From the NCBI GenBank assembly GCA_012295275.1, contig CM022665.1, positions 33,790,001 to 33,854,000 on the forward strand: a stretch of DNA of 64,000 nucleotides, in the 5' to 3' direction. This DNA comes from Chrysomallon squamiferum. Lineage: Eukaryota; Animalia; Mollusca. The translations under genes and the position numbers were made by a program. Below, piece by piece: positions 13,501 to 27,176 of the stretch. The notes under the pieces are model-generated. The model searched no databases and was not told where the DNA came from. It saw nothing but the letters and a program-made list of their open reading frames with translations. Within the stretch, counting starts at the first letter, position 1. Every line of letters begins with the position of its first letter.

Positions 13501-16500
13501 CATTATCATTCATTTTGTTTCTTTATTTCATATTTAAGTTCCAGTCATTTATTTTAAGGACATCATTATAAATATCTGAACAAAGCTCTTTTTAATATTG
13601 GTTTAATTAAGTTTTATTTAAGAAAACTTTGACTATACATAAGAACAATTCTGATATATTTCAAAACATAATGATCTAAGATATTTATAAATACTTACAG
13701 GAAGAGATGGACAATGCTTATAAAATGCAGCAGAGACAAGACTCACTCATTAATCGTCAACCTCAAAATGGAAGTTTCAGTGGGTCGAGCCCACGTTCTA
13801 GTGTCCAGTTTCCGCGTGGTCAGTCACAATCTGTTAAAAACAGACCCCTGAATAAACAGGACAGCACTCAGTCTGGTGGTTACTCCAGCTCCACAGGTCA
13901 ATTTGTTTACACAATTATATTTTGATTTGAAAATTATCAATATAATACTTTTATAGCTTGTTGATTTGCAGTTAAAATAGTATATCACTGTTATTCCTTA
14001 ATTATTTGCTGATTTCCAGTTGCATTAGAAAAATCATAAATAAAAAAAAAAATTCTTTATTTGAAAGTACAAAATGGAATAAAAATTAATGGTCCAATTA
14101 ATGAAAATTTTGATATTTTGTGCCAGGAATGTTTTGGAATTTAATTTCTTTACTGGTGTGAAAAACATGCTTAATTACTCTGAATGCTTTTATGCTTGCC
14201 TTGACATAATAGGCAATCATTATAAACAAAATTGTTTTAATTCAACCTTTGAAGTTTTATTTAGGTTCTGTTTTTTATTCTGTTTTTCCTTTCATATGAG
14301 GAAATTGTCTTTTGATAGGGAATTCCTGTAATTGTTAGTTCTTGAATATAATTTAATTTAACTACTGAGCAGATTGAACCTTTTCTTTTCATTTGATTTT
14401 ATAAATTAATCTTTTACTTGTTATTACTATTATTATTTTTTTTTTTTTTTTTTCAGGGCCACACACTATTACTCGTATGCAATCAAGTTTGCCAGGTGTT
14501 GAGAATGGAACCTCTGGTGTGAACATTGTTTCAGTTGCACAAACAACAAAACTCAATGGTATGATGACTTGAAACTTTGTTCTAGGCAAATAATAATGTA
14601 ATATAAATAAATGGTGTACCATTTTTATAGTATTTATGCTTTAACTATTGTGCACATATGTACAATACATTATAGATTTAATATTATTTTAAATTAATAG
14701 TTTCAATATTAATGGTAATAAACAACAACAAATTAATTTTTGCACTATTTTCAAATTTAAAAAACAAAAAAAAGTTTGTTGTTTTTTTCACATGCAGATC
14801 CTGAGTTACTGAAGCCCACCCCTCTCTCTGCACTGAAAAACCAGAAACAATTTCAGAAAGCCCTCACTAATCGTGAGAAAGATCTTCAGTCAATTCGCAG
14901 AAAACGTGATAAGGTTAGTATATGAATTTCAAGTTTTCATTTTAAAAACAAACAAAAAACAACATTTTTTGTGGTATGTCCTTTATGTGACACATTTATT
15001 ACTTTATTCAAGTCAGTGTAATTAGTATACTACCAAATGTACCAAAAGTATGATAATAAAATGTAACAATAAAACAACACTATTTGTATTTATACTGTTC
15101 AGATTTGTTGTCATGCAATTATTTGTTTTTCTCATTAAATGTTTTTTATTTATTTATTATTTTTTTTATGTGTTTATGTTTTTATTTATTAAGATAATGT
15201 TGTTGATTTAATTCAAAATAATCAGAATATTGTTATACAAAGATTTTAATTCTGTTTTATGTACTAGTAACACAGGTGTATGAGAATGCTTTCAGTCTAA
15301 TCATATATGATCCATATATTTAAATAATAATTTTCACTTCTTCACTATAACATGTAAATGTTAATAAACATATTCTAACTAGATACATGAGAGTCTTGTG
15401 GAGACATTCAGTATGAAACTGGAGAAGCAGGCAAACCAACAGTTAAAACAGCGTAATTCACTGGAAAAGACACATTCCAAACTGATGAAGAAAGCCAGCA
15501 AAGCACACGAGCAGAGAACACTGAATGAGGTGGAGAGCAAGTACCAGTCTGACTTGCAAGATCTCATCAGCCAACAGCAGGAAAAAGTAAGTTTACTAAC
15601 AACTTTAAAACACTTCAAGAAGAAATATTTACTTGACATGTTTTTAATAAGTCATTATAGTAGTGTCATTCATAAGGTTAATGATCACAATCATAATTTA
15701 TCATCACCATCATCATTATCATTGTGCAGTCATAGTGTCCCATTGTTGGGCAAAAGTGTTATGATGTTTGTTTCCTAATTTTCACTGTCATCTGCCAGAT
15801 GATTCCTTTCCTGTACTCCTCTAGTTCATCCACCCATCATCATCTCACTGATCTTTATCTAGATGATTTGTCTTCTTATCTGACTGATCACAACAAATCA
15901 GGACTTATGTCACACTGGAGTGACACAAAAATATTTTCATTCGATGTTTTGTTAAAATGTGTTTATATATCTATACCTTATCTCTTTGGTAGATATTGTT
16001 GACAGATTTTAATCCTAAGGTGTATTTTAGAGCACTTTAGTGAATGTTGTTATTTACTGAATGTGATACAGGAATGAATGAGGTATCAAATGAAGCTTAT
16101 GGACTCAAGAATCCAAAAATGTTCAAAATTCCAATCAACCAAATTATAACTCAAGACCTGGTTTGAAGTGATGAATTATAAACTAAATTTGTTTGTTTAA
16201 ATTAATTTATTAATATGATAAACAATTAATGAAACCATCATTAGCATATACTATATTTACTGTTTAAATTAATTTATTAATATGATAAATAATTAGGGAA
16301 GCTATCATTAGTGTAAACTAAAATTGTTTGTTTAAATTAATTTACTTAACATTACAGCACAAGGAATTAAAACAGTCACAGGCACAGATTCTGGTGGCTA
16401 AGAACATTGACCTGTTTAGTGCTGAGATGAACATCTACATTCGTCATCATGATCATATCTATGGAGTGCTGCACAGTCTGATGACGGTAAATCACAAACA

Positions 16501-18882
16501 GCACAAACAGCAGCTGATACAGCTATATGACCGTGAGGTCTATGAGTTGACAAAACGCATGGATCAACAGAGCAGAGACCACATGAAGGCACTGGCCAAA
16601 AAACACAAAGATAAATCAGAGTTATCACGGTAATTGTGAACTCAGGATAACTGAAAATAAAATTAATGGTTTCTGCAGGGTTGATTTTCTTTTTTTACAT
16701 TTTTATTGTGTAAATACAATTTTATTTTTGTGTTTTGGTTGATTTTTATATATATATATAGATACATTTTTTATTATTATGAAAATACAATTAATTTTTT
16801 TGGGGCTGATTTTATTATTATTTTTGTTTTTATTATAAAAGTACAGATTTCTTTTTCTTTTTTCCCTTTTTTTATTTTTTTTTTTGAGGGATGTTTTTTT
16901 TTTTTTTTTTTTTTGAAGTATTTGTACAGGCTTACAGTCTGTTATCCAGTCTCTGAAATGATTTGAAAGCTATTTGTGTACATGCATATATAATATTATA
17001 TATATCTATATCTATGGAGTTATGTATATTATGCATAATATGTATTGTTATTGTTGTTCTAAAATTATAATATAAATTTTCCATGTATTTAAAATTTTAA
17101 GTAGGTAGGAACTGAATGTGTTTGTGTTAAAAAACTAAGTTTCTAACTAGTATATTATCAGCAGGATAAAAACCTGGTATATAAATTGTTGTTTTGGTTG
17201 CAGGATAAAACGGGAAGCACAGATTAAACATGTCCATCTGGCTGTCCAGGAAAGACAGAGAGTAAGATTTAGTTTTCTAATAGTAAACAATAAATGTGCT
17301 TTCATATATTTTATTAAACACAGAATGTAGTATTAAACATGAAATAAACTATTGACTGGGTTTTTTAATATATTGTATGTGGCAGATAGAAAGATTTGTT
17401 ATAATTATTATTATCATCATCACCATATTTTAAAATAAACCAAAAAAAAAAATTCATTTACCATTATCTTTTTGCAGTATTATTATTGTTCTATTTTATT
17501 ATTATTATTATTTTTTTTTTTTTTTTTTTTAAAACACATTTGATGGTTTCATCAAACATCCTTAATTATGTCTTTTATGATCATTTCTTAGTTGATTACA
17601 AGCATCATTTAAGCCTTATAAAGTTATTATCTCAAAATTATAAAAAAAAAATTACTTTCTGCAACAGATCACCAGAATTACCAAAACCATGTCTCGTTCT
17701 AAATTTGTATTTTGTTTATTTGTAATTTGTATCTTCTTTGAAATCAGTTGAAATCACTTACAGGTTTAGCATTATTTTGTTCCTAATGCTTTTTTTAATA
17801 CATTCTAAAATATTTTAAATTAGATATACAATAATTAAAATGTGTTAAATATGGGTTTTTTACTGTATGATTTTAATTACTTGTAGTTGCAGGATATTTT
17901 AGAAAAACGAAAGAGTGAGTTGGAGGAGAAACTGGATGAAATAGCCAAAGAGCTTGAAAAAGAAAAAGAAAGTGTAAGAAATTATTGTTTTATTACTTTA
18001 CTGGTTATTAACTACTTCAACAGTGTATTTATTCATTAAAAACATACTCTTGTGCAAGGTACAGACTGGCGGGACCACATGGTAGTAATAGGGGTATAAT
18101 ATAAAAAATAATAAATAAAATATTTACAACATTTTCATTAATTTAAATTGCAAACCTTTATATACAAGAATATATCATAATTTATTCTCATATTCCTTTT
18201 TTCTTTTCTTTTTTCATGGAAAGGCTACTTTTTGGGGTCCATTGCAATCTGTTATATTATATTTGTAGATATCAGGGGGTTGACAGTCTGATAGATACCA
18301 ACAATTATTTTTGTTGACTTTCCATTATTTTAAAATAGGAAAGTAATCTATCTCTGTAGTATTAACATATATTAATACATTTTTTCTATTAAAATGTTTA
18401 TTTTGAAAATGCTTTGCAGAAAATGTTTTCATGACAGAATGATATAAATTGGATGTTTGAGAAGAAAAATTATTTTTGTGAACATTTTCTGATTTACTTT
18501 TTTTCAGGTTCTTGAATCCTATAAGGAGGAATTCAAAGAAAACTGCAGGAAAATAAAAGAACAGTACAAAGACTTGTTACCAAAGTCATTTGATGAGGAT
18601 GATGTTTACCCAACCATTCCAGAAAAATCATCTCCACTAAAACCATCTCCTGTGAAATCATCTGACTCAGAGAAGGCATCCCCCATACACCAGCTTCTAG
18701 AGAATGCTGAGGACTCGCCACAGTCTGCTAATGCATCACCCATACATCAGCTACTGCAAGACACTGATGAGAAGAAACCTAAAGAAATCACACAAGATAC
18801 TGAAGAAAAACCAGTGTCAGAGAATGATTCTTCTGTCAAAGAGAACAAGGTCAATTCTCAGGAGCATCTGACACCAATGTAA
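1..18882 (+). CDS. PLCB1: Phosphoinositide phospholipase C-beta (PLCB1-3/Plc21C-like), 5'-partial multi-exon gene
   Basis: Hand-spliced GT-AG exons that keep one frame: <1-117, 626-783, 1240-1319, 1786-1870, 2212-2299, 2716-3068, 3561-3657, 4221-4305, 4665-4737, 4964-5015, 5482-5636, 6037-6201, 7731-7830, 8295-8399, 9766-9863, 13701-13896, 14457-14558, 14798-14913, 15383-15586, 16358-16629, 17204-17261, 17887-17973, 18508-18882 (TAA). X-box motifs [47 protein letters not shown]; acidic X-Y linker; Y-box [33 protein letters not shown]; C2 ([19 protein letters not shown]); coiled-coil C-terminal domain typical of the beta class. The family call is firm; the paralog symbol is approximate. Confidence 0.95.
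118..625 (+). repeat. Intron containing degenerate tandem copies of the flanking exon end/donor (about 159-355) and acceptor/exon start (about 495-600)
   Basis: cttcatcaactcttca...atctcacag(g/a)taaaa recurs three times after the donor at 118; acctgtgacag|gacatcag...tattgtcaggtgtta recurs with a 57-nt period (AG at 510-511, 567-568, true AG 624-625). Confidence 0.85.
4306..4664 (+). other. U12-type (minor spliceosome) GT-AG intron in PLC-beta
   Basis: 5' splice site GTATCCTTT matches the U12 consensus; branch-like TACTTAAC at 4648-4655 lies about 10 nt before the AG at 4663-4664; splicing gives in-frame [14 protein letters not shown]. Confidence 0.85.
6805..7140. repeat. Compound (TG)/(CATA)/(TA) microsatellite
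   Basis: Visible runs; they account for the five overlapping YI/HT-rich ORFs in the track. Confidence 0.95.
7142..7510 (+). repeat. Intragenic direct duplicate of 5042-5386 fused to a piece of PLC exon 5482-5636
   Basis: Near-identical text (atgtaatacactggttgtac...gcgtctgaatcgggtac...cttaacatccagcaac), then ttgggtatctttga(a/g)taca matching 5502-5520. Confidence 0.9.
8779..9657. mobile_element. Non-autonomous Tc1/mariner-pogo (Tigger-like) MITE
   Basis: TIRs cagtataccctcacctattcgcgg ... ccgcgaatagcgagggaatactg, TA on both sides, subterminal attcgcgg repeats, no transposase ORF. Confidence 0.85.
10635..10673 (+). CDS. Candidate 39-nt cassette exon of PLC-beta ([13 protein letters not shown])
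   Basis: aag| ... |gtacat, phase 0-0, stop-free, more GC-rich than the surrounding intron; both splice sites are weak. Confidence 0.4.
11917..11931 (+). CDS. Candidate 15-nt microexon of PLC-beta (DELAN)
   Basis: Long polypyrimidine tract + tttag | GATGAGTTAGCTAAT | gtaagt; phase 0-0 matching the flanking exons; TGCATG at 11970-11975. Confidence 0.65.
15690..15920 (-). mobile_element. Decayed 3' fragment of an RTE-like LINE
   Basis: Minus strand reads [17 protein letters not shown]...TFAQQWD-stop followed by a (GAT)n-like tail, resembling RTE-clade RT C-termini. Confidence 0.6.
16185..16345 (+). repeat. About 70-bp tandem repeat (roughly 2.3 copies) abutting a PLC splice acceptor
   Basis: tgtttaaattaatttattaatatgataaa...atcattag repeated. 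Confidence 0.75.
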
Positions 18883-21800
18883 AGATCTATAAATACAAAA
18901 AAAAAGAGAAAGAAAATCCAGATATATACTGACCATTCGTTGAAATTTCAGTGAGTTGTTGTCAAGGTCCATGAATTATTAACAAGATTATAGAGCAGTG
19001 GGTGCAAACTGATGTCTTACCTGTAAGGTAACATTTTACCTTAGGGTATGATTATGGAGACTTAATAAATATACCACAGCAATGACTGGTAAGCAGTAAT
19101 CTTACCCCTGGGTAATCATTACTTTTTATTATTATGGAATCATAATAATAATAAATAGCAGTGTAAAGCAGTATCTGTTTATCTATGGACAGTTTTTCAC
19201 TTGATTATTTTTAATATTATGGAGGCAAAACAGAAAACATCTGCAATTCTAAATGTTAAAGAAACATCTGTAGTTAATAATTTTTGACTGGGTTTAGTGT
19301 TAACACATCACAGACACTCCTCAGATGGTGATCCCCAGCAACTAAAGGATGTGAACATTTACAATTTTCAAATGATTTTGACTGTGATTAGTTTTGAATT
19401 CAGCAGTCATGTAAATACAGAAATAGTGTATTTTGAAGATGTCATTTTGTATATATTTTAAAACCTCATTAAAACAATTGAACTGTTTGCCCATCCTTTT
19501 ATGAGAAATGTTTTTTTATCACCATTGTTGTCACCGATTTGTTTTACTTTGCCGAATTTTTCAGTAATTGATTTAATTTGGCTTCAGATCATGTGAAATC
19601 TCATTTAATTTTCATACCTCAGACTGTTTAATAAAAAGACATAAACTTTGCTTTCACACATTACAATATATTCCAAGTACAACAATAAGTGAAAGTTTGT
19701 ACATTTGTTTGTTCCAATGGAATCCAATGCTGTAATGGTCTGTTACTTTAGCATTCTAGACATCGGGGCTGTATGGTTATTGTGTTTGATAGAATCTAGA
19801 AAGTATTTTTAGATGTTTTTCAGTGTTATGACTGATACCCAGAATTAATGAGGAGTGTAAATAATGAAAAAGATATATATTTTTGGAGCTGGAAGATGTA
19901 TTATTGTGGATTTTTCTAAGTTGAATATTTTACATATATGTTATTATTATTATTGTTGTTCTTTTAACAGTTCCAGCATTACCATAAAACTTGTTAATAA
20001 AAATTTAAAAATTTTGGATCACAAATTCATTATTAACATGTTACAATTTCACCTTTGTTTCCATGGTTGTTTTTTTTCACATTTTAGTGCATTGAATAGA
20101 GGTTTATTTTCCATATTGGAATTTTGGGATGCAATTTTCACATGTAAATAGGATTGGTGTTCTGTTATGAGAATTTTGTCTTAAATGCTGTTTCAGCAGT
20201 TAGTCATTTTGATGTGATACAGTTCTAACATTAATTTAAAATGTGTTATTTAAAAGGAAGGTATAATTTTTCTCTTTTTTAAAAAAATAAACATCACTCC
20301 CATTTAGGCCATTTTGTAAATAATTTCATTTACCTTTACTTCAAGCTTGTTTATTTGCTTGCAGTGTCACTGAAATTTGGTGTTAACTGTTTAATATCTA
20401 CAAATCTGTTTAGCAGTAGGGAAAATATTGTCTTTGTATTTATTATTTAAAAACTCTGTGTGTGTCTGTGTGTGTGTGTGTGTGTCTGTCTATGTGGTTC
20501 AAATACCAAAAAATAATTTTATGTGGGAGATGTATAGCAGTTTTAAGAACATTCATTCTATTTTTTTTCTTTTTTTTTTTTCTACTTACATCACAATGTC
20601 ATATAATTGTATCTGAAGCATTTAAAAAAAAAAAACCAGTTCTAATTTATTAATGTTGTTAAGGTAAAAAGTCAGAACTATGCTTTACCGTGAAATGTAT
20701 TTAACTTCTTAATATACTTTGTGTGTGTATGCTGACAAAAGAAGTGGAATGTGGCTGTACTTTAATTTCAGGTATTTTTCTTATTTATATATATTACAAA
20801 TATATTTTAAAAGATTCTTTAAGAATCCAAAAATGATAATAATGTGAGAGGAATAAAATCTAAAAGTGAAAATTAGTTTTGTCAAGATACAGTACATGTA
20901 AAAATAATATTTATAAGCATTTTTTTTTATTAATTAAAGAAATATTTTATTTTATTTATTTTTAACATAGAAACTTATCTTTGCAATAGAAATATTAAAT
21001 ATACATCATTTTTGAAATGTTTATGCATCATCATTTAAATACATTGATACTGTTATTTATTTACAGTATTAAATAGGGTAATTGTATTTGATATTAACCA
21101 TTTAGAATTGACACTAATCATTAATGTAGTTCGTTTTTTGTTAATTTTAATGAGATGACTTTACTAGGTATCTGTGATTTGTTCTTGCCATTAGATCTTC
21201 AGTTCTTCTTTTTGTGTTCTCCCAAACCTATTTCATTAGTCTTTCAGTAGAAATGTGTGTGTATATTGCTCTTATATACATATGTATATGCTTATGTGTG
21301 TACACACACATATATACGGTATGATTATATTTGCATATATTTCTAATATACATTTTTCAATAGATTTAATAGTCAATAAAACTGTTAAAAGAATTGCAAG
21401 AGAAATTAATTTTTCAGACTATTTCTTTGTAAAATGAAACCTATAAAGTTAATTTGAAAGTACATAAATAATAATAAGTGAAAACTGCTGTTTTCATTTT
21501 ATCAGCTTATCTTAATAAGTGTATATAAAGAGTGAATTAATCTATAAAAATTACGTAAAAGAGCAAACAATTAAAAATAAAGACATTATAACTTTTACAT
21601 TGATAATCAAAACCTTTAAATTATTTTGATTTCCAAAACCTAGATCATATACAATATTTCAGATTATTCTTAGCTAAATTAAGGTTTTATTGTTATACTA
21701 ATTTATGCTTAGATTTTGACTTAGCATAGTTCACATAGATATGTTCAGTGTAAGGCATGCACATAAATAAAATTTAAAATAATTTATTGTTAGTAATAAA

Positions 21801-21924
21801 TATTTAAAACTTTAAAATATTATGTAAAATATGTTGTTTTTTATTTTTTAATTAATTTTATATTACATTTGTATTGTTTTACAATAACAAAACCAAAAAT
21901 TAGCAAGAAAAGAAAAATGTCAAC

Positions 21925-22050
21925 AGAGATATAGATATGTTAGTATCAATGATATAGATATGTCAGTATCTGATTATATAGATATATCAGTATTCAGTGG
22001 GATAACTTTTTTAATGTCCAATGATATAGATATACCATTATCTACTGATA
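21925..22050 (+). repeat. Degenerate ~21-bp minisatellite (gatatagatatgtYagtatc)
   Basis: Four to five imperfect copies visible. Confidence 0.65.
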
Positions 22051-22994
22051 TACTTACATCAACAACCAGTGCTAAAGATTTAAATTATTAATGATAAATA
22101 TATATATATATACATGTGAAGACCTGCATACAAGAACCTGATAACCCACATCACAGCCACTTTTTGAGAAAATAACAATTTTGTGATGGATTACTGAGTT
22201 ATGACAGACATAGAAAATATAAAAATATTTATAACAATTAACCCATTTATTTTCATTCAAAGGCAAAAATGAGTATTTCGTATTAACCTCATCATGAACA
22301 TTCAGTTTTAGTTTCAATGAAAATTATTAGGATAACATTATCATGATTGAAACTGTTTTTGTTCCTGTTTGCTGTCATCATCTTCAGAAAATCTGGACTG
22401 GTCAAGGTCTTCATTTCTCAGTATTTGTATTAAAATTTCAGTACCAATGACTTTTTCCTAGTCAGCCATTGTTTCATTGCTGCTGGTAAGCAGATGATGT
22501 AATAGAAAAATTATTAAGGCCATAAGTTATTATGAAGGTAGTGCTTTAATAAATCCTGTGTTGTTTATCAGATACAATGGTACCAAAAACCTCAAAAAGT
22601 CCAGGTTCTTCATGCAGATCTTTATATATTTATATATATATATATTTTTTTTTTCTTCTGTTTTTTCAGTTGTTTTTTTTTGTTTGTTTGTTTGTTTGTT
22701 TGTTTCAAATCTGTTTTAGAAATATGTTAATTGCTAAAACTGCTATGAAAATGTCATGGTCACTATGATTTTTTTCACAATATTATTATCACTTGCAGAG
22801 ATTGTAAGTACTGATACCATTATTATCTGTGTAAATTACTGTTATGTTTAATACCTCTATAGAAACCTGTTGTGATTTTTCTCAATTTTTGTGCTTTGAT
22901 ACTGCACCCTAGTGATCACATATTGATATTTATGCTGTTATAATAGACCTTTTGGAAAGGTACAGTTATTCTTATTTTACTGATAAATAATATT

Positions 22995-23037
<43 letters not shown>

Positions 23038-24625
23038 CTTTGTTTATAAATGAATGTATTCCCAATTCCAGTTGTTGTATGCTTTATATTCTTGTGATAT
23101 TTTTATTTTTATTTTATTTTATTTTATTTTTTTATTTTTTAGTTTTATCACAAATTAATTATATGGGGTTTTCTCCTATACATTCCAAAATCATAACATT
23201 TTACACAAACTCTCTTCTTTAATGAGTTGATATTGTATTGGTAAATAAAAATCTAATCTATTTGCTGTGAGTAGTTTTTGCTACTTGTTAACATTTAATA
23301 TTGTGTGTTTATTTTTTTATGTTATTAACAAAATTATTATTATTATTATTATTATTTTTACAATGAAATGTGTATTGCTACATAACACTACTGTAAATAA
23401 TTTAAAATACAAGCAAATATTTTAAAATTTTCAAACAAAAAATAAAAAATCAGAGAATTTCAAATGTATATAGTTATGCAATTAATCTGTGTACATAACT
23501 GACAATAATGTTATAATTATTTAAAACTATTTCATTATAAAATGAAAGGCTTTTTTGTGGGGATATTTTAATATGTTTTTAAAATACAGATGATAAATTT
23601 ATAAACAAAGTTATGTATGTAACTAAAGCAAACAGTTTTTTCTCTGAACCTAACAACATGGAGATACCAAATACGTAGGTCTGTATAATTTCCCCCACCA
23701 AGAAAAAAAAAAAGACTACAATTTTATGTATTTGCCAGTCTGCTGTGTCATTTACCTTGTTACAGTGTTAAGTCTTTTGGTCTGTGATCCTTGTTTTTTA
23801 CTTAATATATATCTAATAACAGGGTGACAGTAAAATTAAGTGGAAATATATAATCTCCATAAATATTCCATGATTTAATAAATGGATATTATAACAGCAT
23901 AGCATTTCTTTCTTTTTTCTTTAGATGTGAGAACATGTTAAAAATAGAGCATTTACAGAAAAAGAAAATATTCTATGCAAAACATTTTATTTTTTCCTTA
24001 TATGTTGTTATATTGATTCCATGTGTTGTAATCAATAGCTTAAGTTTAAATTATCTTTAAACATTTGGTAATGAAGTATTCCTTATTAGCTTTTGCAAAT
24101 CACAGTTAGCAAAAAAGGTTGTGGATATGCATATATTTTTATCTACTTGGAATATCATTTTCTTTATTTGCTTTTGTCTTCATTTCAGTGTGACAAACAC
24201 AGTTTTGTGCACTGGCTATTTCCTCTGCATGGTGATCTCATACAACGAGTCATGTTCTGATGATCATGTGTCTCAGAGAAAATTTTAAATATAATTTAAC
24301 AAACACAGTGATTAATACACAGAATTAATCTAAACATGTATCTTTTGCCATAGCCTTACTTGCACTGGATATCTTATTTTTTTTAAATGAAAATTTATAG
24401 AAGATGATAAAAAGATAATACCAAAAAATCCATTAATTTTAGAAAAAGAATTATTTAAATTAAAGAAAATGATCTATTTTAATTATGAACTGATATAATA
24501 ACACAGCTGATGCAGAGGTTATTGTTTTTTATTTTAATAATGTAACTGAAATTCTTTGATATTTAGTTTGGAAAGCCAAAACAACTGATCCCAAAGTTAT
24601 GATTATTATCATGACCTCTATTACT

Positions 24626-24627
24626 AA

Positions 24628-24676
<49 letters not shown>
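24626..24676. repeat. (ATT)n microsatellite
   Basis: Visible run. Confidence 0.9.
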
Positions 24677-24677
<1 letters not shown>

Positions 24678-26691
24678 GTGTGAACTTTTAAACTACTTCA
24701 AAGGACAAGACAACACAGATATTAAAAATGGCATAACTGTTTTTTATTTTTCTGTAACACAATTTACTGTGATAATGTGCACATTCTGAGCTTTTTAAAA
24801 TCATTGTTTAGTCATTGTTGTCACTGCTTTTTCACTGATTTATTTCAGTACTGCTCTTGCTTTCCATGACATATATTTTAATATCCTTGTTTGTGTTGTA
24901 AGTGCCTCCAGCTAATCATTGGCTTTATGATCAGCTCAGAATCATGAACATTAGAAAAAAAATTATATTAGTAATTTTGAATCTTTTCTAGTCAGGATTT
25001 ATTTTTATTAATGTTATTAAAAACTATATATGTATTTCTTTTTTATTTCAAAGACAGGTTGTTCACTCACAAGAAATTCTAAAAAGTTCTAAAGCCATTT
25101 AACTTGGAACAATTTTTTGTGAATGCTTTTCAAATTTGAGAAAGTTTAAACCATTTATGAGCTCTTTATACACGTGTGTGGGTGCATGTGGCAAAAGTTC
25201 TGCTTTAGAGATCTGTACATTTGTTGTTTTTAACCACATAATTTTTATTTTTACCAATGTATTCCAGTGATATCCAGTGTTATTTTTCAAGAAAACAAAA
25301 CAGTTATAATGTTTTAATGATGTTAAGTTTTAAAACCCTGTTCATAATTTGTTATTTATGTGCAAGAATCAGCATATAATTAAATGAAACAGAGGCTTTT
25401 ACAAATTTAAGTGATGGCTTTAAGATTTAAACTCTGTATATAAAATTAAACTGATGTCAGCAAAACTCATTGAAATTAACTGAACAGATTGGTGTCAACA
25501 TCAAATGATTTACACACATATATGTATATATGTGAACCTGTATCAAATGATGATTTAATCGGATTATTATTAACTTGATTTAATAAAATATAACCTTTAA
25601 AAACCCCAAGAATTATGTGTATATTTGGCTAATACATTTTATTAGGTAAATGTGCAGTTTATTGATTTTATAGTATCGTAAATAAAATGCTGATGTAACT
25701 CTAAATTAAAAAACTATTTTAAAAATTATATATATATATATATATATATTGTTTGTCTAACTGGTAATATAGACAACAGCGCCAAAATATATAAGATATA
25801 AATTAAGTGTAATTCAGCCAAACATATATTAACTTTTTCATTGACTGAACAGCTAGCTACATGATAGAAATAATATTTATTTCATTTTTTTCACACATTA
25901 GTGAAAACTTTCATTGTGTATAATAATTTGTTTGTGTGTTTACAGTACGTGTTACATTGCCCTTCAGTAAACAGTGCAGAAATAAAAAATTACAATACTT
26001 TTCTCATTTTTCACTGAGTGCAAAGGTTAGTCTTGATACTATTATTGATGCTGCTGCTGTTGATGTTGTGTTATTATTATTATTATTGTTATTAACTTCA
26101 AAAATCCATATCGTACAGATATATCATAAACATAACATTACTACCTCTTTTTTTTCCTCTTTTTTTCTCAGTACACAGACATTTAATGTAAATAAACAAT
26201 TTTGTTCATTTTTCACTTTTCAGAAATGTTTTTACTGCTTCAGCAAATGATATACAAGTGTGACTGATGAACTTTTTCATTAGAAAAAATATTTATAAAA
26301 AGAACCAAATGGTATTATTAGTTTTACAAATACAAGGAATAAATTTTTTGGAATGACATCACAACCAGTTTGCTGTCTCTTCTTCATTAACAACAACAAC
26401 AACAGTTATAAAACAATAATAATTTAAAAACAAAATAAACTAAAAATTAAAATATCCACAACCATGTACTGTGCTAAAATTATTGTACAGATTTTGTTTT
26501 CCTTCACAATTTATCTGCAGAAATAAAAATATTGATGTTTAAGGTTCTGTGTAAATTGTCTTTTATTATTTTATTTCTTTTTCCATTATCCAATCCTCTA
26601 CGAAAATAACTACATAATAACGCAACAAGTTATAAAGTGGGACAGAAGCTAACTTCATCAGTGTCAGTATAGAACATGAAATGTAATAAAA

Positions 26692-26722
<31 letters not shown>

Positions 26723-27096
26723 TGTGTGTGTGTGTGTGTGTGTGTGAAATAAACAGTATAGTCAAAGAAAAACTTACTATTTTATATAATAGTTACATTC
26801 TGTTAGTGTTCAATTCTATAAAATGTACATTTGTGATATTTTATTGAATGTTGCAGTTGTCATAGTACGATGTAATGCAGTGATTTTATTACTTACATCA
26901 TTTGAGAGAGGTGAAATAAAGATTATATATATACACTGTAGTGTAAAAGTAATGAACAGTTACATGTATTATAATATCTTGTTAACCCTTCTTGTTTGTA
27001 ATAACCAAAATGTTTGGAAATCTGTATAATATATAACAGTTTTGTCTAATCTTAGAAAATACAATATTTTATATTTTTCTTCTTCTTTGTTTTCTA

Positions 27097-27097
<1 letters not shown>

Positions 27098-27175
<78 letters not shown>
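27098..27175. repeat. (TG)n(TA)n microsatellite
   Basis: Visible run. Confidence 0.95.

Positions 27176-27176
<1 letters not shown>

Noticed and set aside
18062-18290. Short inverted ends cagactg...cagtctg suggesting a MITE
   Set aside because: Only 7-9 bp of complementarity and no clear TSD.
19024-19043. Hairpin taaggtaa-catt-ttacctta in the PLC 3' region
   Set aside because: An 8-bp AT-rich stem is expected by chance in 64 kb.
21925-22050. Short repeats with variable gaps resembling a CRISPR array
   Set aside because: Degenerate minisatellite in eukaryotic DNA with no unique spacers and no cas genes.
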